Shown one piece after another: positions 40,395-47,210 of a DNA stretch of 47,210 bases. A model generated the notes under the pieces. The model saw only the letters and a program-made list of their open reading frames with translations. It did not search any database and was not told the origin of the DNA. Source of the DNA: an uncultured Collinsella sp. (GTDB lineage Bacteria > Actinomycetota > Coriobacteriia > Coriobacteriales > Coriobacteriaceae); the NCBI GenBank assembly GCA_902489955.1, contig CABUBY010000001.1, positions 1-47,210 on the forward strand, in the 5' to 3' direction. The first letter of the stretch is position 1, and every line of letters begins with the position of its first letter. The position numbers and the translations under genes are program-made.

Positions 40395-41399
40395 ATGGCC
40401 GCTGTTAAAAAATCGGTTTCCGTTAAGGATGTGGCGCGTCTCGCGGGCGTCTCGGAGCAGACAGTCTCGCGTACGGTGCACGATTCGCCCAGCGTGCGCC
40501 CCGAGACCAAGGAGCGCGTGCGTGCCGCCATGCGCGAGCTGGGGTATCGCCCCAATTTTGCCGGTCGATCGCTGCGCCGCGGTAAGTTTAAGACCGTCGG
40601 CGTCGCTATGTTCAACATTACCGGCACCGGCAACCTCGACCGTATGGAGGGCTTTGCCGCCGCCGCCGACAAACACGGCTACGCCATCACCCTCACTAAA
40701 GTAGATGGGCATCCGTATACCCTCGAGAGCACATCGTCGCGTATGAGTGCACTGCCAGTGGACGGTATGGTTGTAATCATGAACCGCATGCCGGCGGACT
40801 TTGGAACCTTTGAACCGCTGCCCGGCATGCAGACGGTGCTCGTTACGATGTTGGAGCACCCGCTGTGCTCGACGGTCGATAACGACCAGTTCGATTGCTC
40901 GCGCCAGGTGGTCGAGTACTTGCTGGAGCGGGGGCACAAGACTGTGCACTTTATCTCGTGTCCCGAGCGCTCGCTTTCGGGCATGCGGCGCGAGGAAGGC
41001 TGGCGCGAGACATTGCGCGCGCATGGCATTGAGCCACCGCGACTTATCCGTGGCGATTGGACGGCGCAGAGCGGATATACCGCAGGTCAGGCCCTGGCGG
41101 ATGATCCGACCTGTACTGCCATCTATGCCTCCAACGACGCCATGGCCTACGGCTGCATTCGCGGACTCGAGTCGCGCGGAAAGCGCGTGCCCGAGGACGT
41201 GAGCGTGGTGGGTGTTGACGACAGCCTGGGCGATATCGTGCCCGACCGTCGCCTGACCACGGTGCGCTTTGACAACAAGCGCGTCGGCATGTGGGCGGTC
41301 GACAAGATTGCCGGCGCCGAGGGCGTTGAACCCGGTGTGGAGCACATGCTGTTTCCGGGCGTGCTCGTCGAGGGCGATACGGTGCGCGATTGGCGCTAG
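40395..41399 (+). CDS. LacI-family transcriptional regulator 3
   Basis: SVKDVARLAGVSEQTVSR, YRPNFAG, ASNDAMA and VPEDVSVVGVDD motifs. Confidence 0.92.
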   Translation: MAAVKKSVSVKDVARLAGVSEQTVSRTVHDSPSVRPETKERVRAAMRELGYRPNFAGRSLRRGKFKTVGVAMFNITGTGNLDRMEGFAAAADKHGYAITLTKVDGHPYTLESTSSRMSALPVDGMVVIMNRMPADFGTFEPLPGMQTVLVTMLEHPLCSTVDNDQFDCSRQVVEYLLERGHKTVHFISCPERSLSGMRREEGWRETLRAHGIEPPRLIRGDWTAQSGYTAGQALADDPTCTAIYASNDAMAYGCIRGLESRGKRVPEDVSVVGVDDSLGDIVPDRRLTTVRFDNKRVGMWAVDKIAGAEGVEPGVEHMLFPGVLVEGDTVRDWR

Positions 41400-41613
41400 A
41401 GCGCGGGTCTGTTTGGGTTTCCGCTAATTGTGTTCGATATTGTTCAAAACAGTTTAAAAACCGTTCACGGGTGAATAGTGACCGTTCATAGCTCAAAAGT
41501 ACGTTTTGCGCTGTTCTTTTTTGTTTGAATGTTATTGTTTCTGACATACACAACGCAGCGCGTATGCCCGGACGCGATGCTCTCCATTGGTTCATATGTG
41601 AAAGGAACGCAAC

Positions 41614-41952
41614 ATGGCAACCAAAGAAGAAATCTCGATGGTTGGATTCGAGATTGTCGCATACGCAGGTGACGCCCAGAGCGATCTGCTTGCAGCGCTC
41701 GATGCTGCTCGCGAGGGTGACTTTGAGAAGGCCGAGCAGCTGCACAAGGATGCCAGCGATGCACTCATCGGTGCCCACGACACGCAGACCAAGCTGCTTT
41801 CGCAGGAGGCCGGCGGTGGCGAGATGGAGATGACCTTCATCATGGCTCACGCTCAGGACACTCTCATGACCACTATGATCCTGGAGAAGCAGGCCCGCTT
41901 TACCATCGATGCCTACAAGCGCATCGCCGAGCTCGAGGCCAAGCTCGCCTAA
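41614..41952 (+). CDS. lacF: PTS lactose/cellobiose-family IIA
   Basis: GFEIVAYAGDA, AHDTQT.LL..EAGG and MAHAQDTLMT motifs. Confidence 0.92.
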   Translation: MATKEEISMVGFEIVAYAGDAQSDLLAALDAAREGDFEKAEQLHKDASDALIGAHDTQTKLLSQEAGGGEMEMTFIMAHAQDTLMTTMILEKQARFTIDAYKRIAELEAKLA

Positions 41953-41980
41953 CGAGTCCTCACAACCAAGTCCCCTTCCA

Positions 41981-42013
41981 AAAGCTCTGCCGCTACCCGC
42001 GGTAGGGCTTTTT
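41981..42013 (+). terminator. Terminator of lacF
   Basis: AAAGCTCTGCCGC...GCGGTAGGGCTTTTT. Confidence 0.75.
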
Positions 42014-42043
42014 CTGTCCTCCTCCCCGCAACTCATCCCGAGA

Positions 42044-42085
42044 TAGTCATTGGGGACGTTCTTAAATGACTAGTCATTGGGGACA
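42044..42085. repeat. REP-like element (GGGGACGTTCTT family), copy 1
   Basis: TAGTCATTGGGGACGTTCTTAAATGACTAGTCATTGGGGACA; 42044-42071 is the exact reverse complement of 46645-46672. Confidence 0.8.
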
Positions 42086-42177
42086 GTCTTGGTGCGCTCC
42101 GTTCGTCTTCCCGTTCGATTTTTGCTCGGTGGGTATACTTTCTTTCGCATTAAACGCCGGACTGAGGAGGTATCCAA

Positions 42178-43209
42178 ATGCCGGATAACGGGTCAATACA
42201 AAAAAGAGACGCGCACGAGATGGCTCATGGGCGTTCTGTCCAGATAACCGAGCACACGACGGTAACAGAGCTGCAGCCCAGCCTGTCCGATGTCGTGTGC
42301 GCAAACAAAAAGCTGCAGATTGGCTTTATCGTTGCGCTCGTGGTACTGGCGCTGCTGTCGGGCTTTGTAGCTCGTCCGCATTTCGCCGATACCAAAACTT
42401 GGGACTCCACCATCGAGGTCATCGACCAAAAGAAGGGTAACGTACTGGCGCTCACGACCTCGTGCGTGGCGCTGTCTGCGGGCATTACCGCGCTGCCGGG
42501 TGATACGGGAACGCCGGTTGCCGAGCAGCTCGCGCAGCTTTCAGGCAACCTTGGTATCGTGCTTGCCGTGCTCTACCTCGAGAAATACCTGCTAACCATT
42601 TTGTGGTCGGTTGGCTTGGGCATCTTAATCCCGTTTGCGTTGGTGCTCTTTGCGGTGTCGCTCGGCATTCACGGGCGCTGGAGCACGAGCACTGTCCTGC
42701 GCCGTGTGGCGACACGCGTACTGGTGGTTGCCGTGATCGGCATGGCGCTCGTGCCCGCGAGCGTATGGGTGTCGCAAAAGGTCGATGAAACGTATCGCGT
42801 AAGTATTGAGCAAGCTGAGCAAAAGGCTGCGGACGCTGCGGACGCGGCCGACACCACGGACAAGTCAGCCGAGACCAGCTCAAAATCGAACAAGAAAAAA
42901 TCCGAGACCACGGCGTCCAAAAACGTGCTCGAGCAGTTGACTGATGGGGCATCGAGCCTTGTTACGTCGGTGACCAGCGGCGCCAAGCAGATGACCGATG
43001 AGATCGTGCGGCAGGTGACCGACCTCATCGAAGGCGTCATCGTGATGATCGTGACTTCGTGCGTTATCCCGCTGCTGGTGCTCGTGGCGTTCCTGTGGCT
43101 GGGACACGTACTGCTGGGGATCGATATTTCCGGCCCGGCGAACTATTTGACGGGCCGCTTTCTGAGTGCTCCGTCCAAGCACGCCAAAAAGGGTGGGCAG
43201 TCCGAGTAG
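42178..43209 (+). CDS. Hypothetical polytopic membrane protein
   Basis: GAGGAGG RBS; several TM helices and a charged low-complexity linker; followed by a terminator. Confidence 0.75.
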   Translation: MPDNGSIQKRDAHEMAHGRSVQITEHTTVTELQPSLSDVVCANKKLQIGFIVALVVLALLSGFVARPHFADTKTWDSTIEVIDQKKGNVLALTTSCVALSAGITALPGDTGTPVAEQLAQLSGNLGIVLAVLYLEKYLLTILWSVGLGILIPFALVLFAVSLGIHGRWSTSTVLRRVATRVLVVAVIGMALVPASVWVSQKVDETYRVSIEQAEQKAADAADAADTTDKSAETSSKSNKKKSETTASKNVLEQLTDGASSLVTSVTSGAKQMTDEIVRQVTDLIEGVIVMIVTSCVIPLLVLVAFLWLGHVLLGIDISGPANYLTGRFLSAPSKHAKKGGQSE

Positions 43210-43243
43210 CTAAAACAGCTGTATATACCGGGGAATACCGCCG

Positions 43244-43282
43244 AAGGGCGGCCGAGATACGTTCTTGGCCGCCCTTTTGTTT
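43244..43282 (+). terminator. Rho-independent terminator
   Basis: AAGGGCGGCCGAG...CTTGGCCGCCCTTTTGTTT. Confidence 0.8.
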
Positions 43283-43516
43283 GTTGAACACATGGTCGCT
43301 ACGTCCGCGCCCGGCTCAAACGGTCAGCAATCATCCGTGAATGGTGTTTGTTCAAAAAAGAACAAAGATAAACAAATAGTTGTTGCAGTTACTGTTCGAA
43401 TGTGTTCAAATAAACATGAACAGTGAAGAACCGCACATTCAGATGCCCGGACCTGAACGCGATTCAACACTTCCAAACAGAAACTACGCACCTGCGTATC
43501 TCTCAAGGAGGATGTC

Positions 43517-43945
43517 ATGAGGGTTGTAATCGCTTCCGATGCCGACGGTATGTCGATGAAGGAGTCCATCAAGGAGATGCTCATCGCCGACGGTCACGAG
43601 GTCGTCGACTATTCCGAGACCCCTGCCGCGGACTTTGTCGATTCCGCGACCGCCGTTGCCAAGGACCTGCTGGAGCACAAGGATTCCCAGGGCTTCGCAT
43701 TCGATAAGTACGGCGTCGGCTCCTATATGGCCGCCGTCAAGATCAAGGGCATGGTCGTCGCCAACATTTCCGACGAGCGTTCCGCTTACATGACCCGCGA
43801 GCACAACGGCTCGCGCATGGTCACCATGGGCCCGGGCGTTGTGGGCACCGAGGTCGCCAAGAAGATCGCCCGCGAGTTCCTGCGCGCCCAGTACGCCGGC
43901 GGCCGTCACCAGATCCGTGTCGACATGCTCAACAAGATGGCCTAA
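43517..43945 (+). CDS. lacA: Galactose-6-phosphate isomerase subunit A
   Basis: IASDADG, DKYGVGSYM, SAYMTREHN and YAGGRHQIRVDMLNKM motifs. Confidence 0.93.
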   Translation: MRVVIASDADGMSMKESIKEMLIADGHEVVDYSETPAADFVDSATAVAKDLLEHKDSQGFAFDKYGVGSYMAAVKIKGMVVANISDERSAYMTREHNGSRMVTMGPGVVGTEVAKKIAREFLRAQYAGGRHQIRVDMLNKMA

Positions 43946-44008
43946 CGAGAGCCACCGAGAACTCGAACTTCTACCTCAACTTGTGAATTCAGACGAAAGG
44001 ACGTTCTG

Positions 44009-44533
44009 ATGAAGAAGACCATCGCAATCGGTTGCGACCATATCGTTACGGACGAGAAGATCTATCTGGCCGACCGCCTGGAGCAGGCTGGCTACAAGGT
44101 GCTCGACTGCGGCACCTACAGCCACACCCGTACGCACTATCCCATCTACGGCAAGGCCGTGGGCGAGGCTGTTGCCAGCGGCAAGGCCGACTTTGGCGTG
44201 GCCCTGTGCGGCACCGGCATCGGCATCACCAACGCCGTCAACAAGGTTCCCGGCGCCCGCTGCGCCCTGGTCCGCGACATGACCTCTGCCCTGTATGCCC
44301 GTCGCGAGCTCAACGCCAACATCGTGGGCTTTGGCGGCAAGATTACCGGCGAGTTCCTGATGGCCGATATCATGCTTGCCTTCCTGGAGGAGCCCTACGA
44401 GAAGACCCCCGAGCACGATGCCCTGATCGCCAAGATCGATGCCTGCAATAAGGCCGACGCCGAGGCTCAGGCTGACCCGCACTTCTTTGACGAGTTCCTG
44501 GAGAAGTGGGACCGCGGCGAATACCATGACTAG
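44009..44533 (+). CDS. lacB: Galactose-6-phosphate isomerase subunit B
   Basis: [22 protein letters not shown] and [16 protein letters not shown] motifs. Confidence 0.95.
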   Translation: MKKTIAIGCDHIVTDEKIYLADRLEQAGYKVLDCGTYSHTRTHYPIYGKAVGEAVASGKADFGVALCGTGIGITNAVNKVPGARCALVRDMTSALYARRELNANIVGFGGKITGEFLMADIMLAFLEEPYEKTPEHDALIAKIDACNKADAEAQADPHFFDEFLEKWDRGEYHD

Positions 44534-44652
44534 CGGGTATCCGGCGTAATTTACTAGTCCGTTGACGGCTCGCGTTTCTGTGAGGGGGCGCGGGCCGGTT
44601 TTCTATCAGCCCTATTGACTTGGTGGGCTGTCGTAAGAAAGGGAAGGCTCCT

Positions 44653-45534
44653 ATGGAGTTTGTTCTTGATAACGGTTCTATCCGCGTAGCACTGAGCATG
44701 GCGGGCGGGTCGTTCACTTCTATTGCGGCCAACGGCCGTGAGTACCTGTGGCAGGGTGATCCGGCGGTCTGGTCGGGGCAGGCCCCCATTTGCTTCCCGA
44801 TCTGTGGTGGCCTTCGTGACGGTCACGCAATGACCATGGGTGGCCGCGAGGTAAAGCTCGCCCGCCACGGCTTTGCGCGCAAACAGGAGTGGAAACTCGA
44901 GGAACAGAGCGACAACATGGTTGCGCTGAGCTTAAGCTCTGCCGACCATGCCGAGTTGCTCGAGCAGTACCCGTATCCGTTTAAGATCGTTGCTCGTTAC
45001 GCGATCGATTCGGAAAAGGTGGCTGTGTCGTACGAGGTGACCAATGAGGGTACCGAGGACATGCCATTCTTTGTGGGTGGTCACCCCGGCTTTAAGTGCC
45101 CGCTCGACGAGGGCGAGTCCTATGACGATTATGAGCTTCGTTTTGAGCAGCGCGAGGCCACCGAGCTCTGTACTGCCGTTCCCTCGACGGGCCTGATTGA
45201 TGTTGAACATCGCAGCAAGAACCCCATGATCGGCCAGAACCTGCCGCTGACCCACGAACTCTTCGACTTCGCGGAGACCATCTTTGACGTGCTCGACAGC
45301 CGCGTGGTTACGCTGACCAAGAAAACCGAAGACAAGGGCGTGCGCCTGACGTTCCCCGATATGCCATACCTGATTGTGTGGAGCAAGCCCGAGGGCGACT
45401 TTGTGGCCGTGGAACCGTGGGGCGGCCTGTCCACCTGCTCTGACGAGGACGATGTTCTGGAGCATAAGCGCGGCTGCCTGGTTGCCAAGCCGGGGGAGAC
45501 CGTCACCCGTGGCTTTGAGATCGAGATCCTTTAA
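44653..45534 (+). CDS. lacX: Aldose 1-epimerase family protein (LacX-like), copy 2
   Basis: Same motifs as 15969-16850; ATG at 44653. Confidence 0.85.
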   Translation: MEFVLDNGSIRVALSMAGGSFTSIAANGREYLWQGDPAVWSGQAPICFPICGGLRDGHAMTMGGREVKLARHGFARKQEWKLEEQSDNMVALSLSSADHAELLEQYPYPFKIVARYAIDSEKVAVSYEVTNEGTEDMPFFVGGHPGFKCPLDEGESYDDYELRFEQREATELCTAVPSTGLIDVEHRSKNPMIGQNLPLTHELFDFAETIFDVLDSRVVTLTKKTEDKGVRLTFPDMPYLIVWSKPEGDFVAVEPWGGLSTCSDEDDVLEHKRGCLVAKPGETVTRGFEIEIL

Positions 45535-45587
45535 CGAGTTATCGTATGTTTGGGGCGGGTTATGCCGCCCCGGAACAGGAGTTCAAT

Positions 45588-46523
45588 ATGATTCTGACCG
45601 TTACCATGAACCCGTCGATCGATACGCGCTATCAGCTCGACAAGCTGATCATCGACGACGTGAACCGCGTGACGCCCGAAAAGACCGCTGGCGGTAAGGG
45701 CCTCAACGTGAGCCGTGTGCTGCTGCAGCTGGGCGACGACGTGCTCGCGACCGGCCTGCTCGGCGGCCACATGGGTGCCTATATGGCTGAGCTTATGGAT
45801 GCCGACGGCGTCAAGAACGACTTTGTGCCCATCGCCGGTGAGACGCGCATTTGCCTGAATATCCTGCACGAGGGCAATCAGACCGAGCTTTTGGAGAGCG
45901 GTCCGCAGATCGCCCCGGCCGAGCTCGAGGCCTTTACGGCCAAGTTTGCCGAGCTTGCAGCGAAGGCGGACGTTGTGACGCTTTCGGGCTCGCTGCCGCG
46001 TGGGGTCGATGCCGGCTACTATGCCGAGCTCGTCAAGATCGCCGAGGAGGCGGGCGCCAAGGTGCTGCTTGACACCTCGGGTGCATCGCTGGAGGCCGCG
46101 CTGGAGTCTGACGCTAAGCCTGAGCTCGTAAAGCCCAACCTGACCGAGATTAACGGCCTGCTGGGTACGTCCTTTACGACCGATGATGTCGATGCCCTGC
46201 GCGAGGCGCTTGCCGCCGATGACCGCTTTGCCGGTATTCCCTGGGTTGTCGTTTCGATGGGCGCTGCCGGTTCGGTGGGCTTCCATGAGGGCCGCGCGTT
46301 CCGCGCCAAGACGCCCGCGATTGCGGCTGTGAACGCGACTGGTTCCGGTGACTCGACCATCGCCGGCTTTGCGCACGCCATTGCTGCTGGTGCCGACGAT
46401 GTCACGGTGCTCAAGACCGCCAATACCTGCGGCAAGCTCAACGCCATGGATCCCAAGACCGGCCACCTGGTCATGGACCGCTGGGACGAGATCTACAACA
46501 GCGTTGAAGTCGTAGAGTTGTAG
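45588..46523 (+). CDS. lacC: Tagatose-6-phosphate kinase, copy 2
   Basis: MILTVTMNPSID, AGGKGLNV and NATGSGD motifs; AGGAG RBS; close paralog of 16909-17844. Confidence 0.9.
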   Translation: MILTVTMNPSIDTRYQLDKLIIDDVNRVTPEKTAGGKGLNVSRVLLQLGDDVLATGLLGGHMGAYMAELMDADGVKNDFVPIAGETRICLNILHEGNQTELLESGPQIAPAELEAFTAKFAELAAKADVVTLSGSLPRGVDAGYYAELVKIAEEAGAKVLLDTSGASLEAALESDAKPELVKPNLTEINGLLGTSFTTDDVDALREALAADDRFAGIPWVVVSMGAAGSVGFHEGRAFRAKTPAIAAVNATGSGDSTIAGFAHAIAAGADDVTVLKTANTCGKLNAMDPKTGHLVMDRWDEIYNSVEVVEL

Positions 46524-46616
46524 CGGTTGCGACTCCTAATAGAATGAGCGTGGATAATCTTCCGCTTTTGGTGCCCATACGAGCTCAAAGTGGGAGATTT
46601 TCCACGCTCGAGTCAT

Positions 46617-46672
46617 TAGTCGTCGGGGACGTTCTTTAATGACTAGTCATTTAAGAACGTCCCCAATGACTA
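46617..46672. repeat. REP-like 56-bp palindrome (GGGGACGTTCTT family), copy 2
   Basis: 28-bp arms with 3 mismatches, centred on GACTAGTC. Confidence 0.85.
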
Positions 46673-46677
46673 CACTC

Positions 46678-46718
46678 AAAAACGGCGTCCGCCGGCGATG
46701 TTGCCGGCGGGCGCCGTT
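46678..46718 (-). terminator. Terminator of galT
   Basis: AACGGCGTCCGCCGGC...GCCGGCGGGCGCCGTT preceded by an A-run. Confidence 0.75.
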
Positions 46719-46768
46719 GTCGTGTGGGCGGTTATGTCGTGGCCGCTGATGAGGCTCGAACTCGTATG

Positions 46769-47210
46769 CTACAGCGAGTTGATGAAGCGCTGCTGGGCGG
46801 CGCGGCCGGCTTCGTCCCACTTAAAGACGCCGGCGTTGTCGAGCACGTGGCCAAACACCACGCCGACCTCCTCGTGCAGGATATCGATGGCGTTGTCCGC
46901 CGTAAGCTCGTTGGCGCGGCGGGCAAAAACGTCCTCGGCCCATGCGGCGTGGCTGTGGCAAAGATTATCGCCCTCGAGCGCGCCGGCAAGGTCGTAGCTG
47001 GCATCGGCCTTGGCTGCCAGTAGGTGCTCGCGGACAGCGCCGAGCTCGGGAACCAGGCGTGGCGGAAGAATTGCCAGGCCCATGACCTCAATCAGGCCGA
47101 TGTTCTCCTTCTTAATGTGGTGATACTCGGCATGCGGGTGGAACACGCCCAGCGGATGCTCGTCGGTCGTGATGTTGCAGCGAAGCGCCAGGTAGGCCTC
47201 GTAAATCTCG
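46769..47210 (-). CDS. galT: Galactose-1-phosphate uridylyltransferase (class II), 3' part; runs off the window
   Basis: LALRCNITTDEHPLGVFHPH..YHHIKKENIGLIEVMGLAILP.RL and VLDNAGVFK motifs. Confidence 0.92.
   Translation of the reverse strand, partial: EIYEAYLALRCNITTDEHPLGVFHPHAEYHHIKKENIGLIEVMGLAILPPRLVPELGAVREHLLAAKADASYDLAGALEGDNLCHSHAAWAEDVFARRANELTADNAIDILHEEVGVVFGHVLDNAGVFKWDEAGRAAQQRFINSL

Overview
High-GC chromosomal segment. Gene content and style suggest a gut Coriobacteriaceae (Collinsella-like); this is inference. Bases 1-7.7 kb hold housekeeping genes: long HPF, DegV, a 3-hydroxyisobutyrate-dehydrogenase-family enzyme with a His/Cys tail, a HEAT protein, isocitrate dehydrogenase, a foldase-like protein and a DUF2975/HTH pair. 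The remaining ~39 kb is a galactoside/galactosamine catabolism supercluster. It contains a mannose-family GalNAc PTS with agaS/nagA/lacC, tRNA-Thr(CGT), galM and a DeoR regulator. Next come four tandem lactose-family PTS IICB modules with three GH1 6-phospho-beta-galactosidases (two frameshifted), three LacI regulators, one GntR plus an orphan TIM-barrel enzyme, and a Phd/RelE TA pair. It ends with lacF, lacAB, lacX-lacC and the end of galT. Unexplained structure stands out in four ways. (1) Four arrays (10 units) of an ~81-bp hairpin repeat each sit at the left boundary of one sugar module. (2) An 11-bp motif (CGGTGAACGGT) occurs as direct pairs with an exact 21-bp period in six sugar promoter regions. 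(3) Three related but distinct LacI operators match the three LacI paralogs. (4) Two modules are bracketed by duplicated gene 3' ends (nagA, deoR). No cas genes, integrase or transposase are visible.
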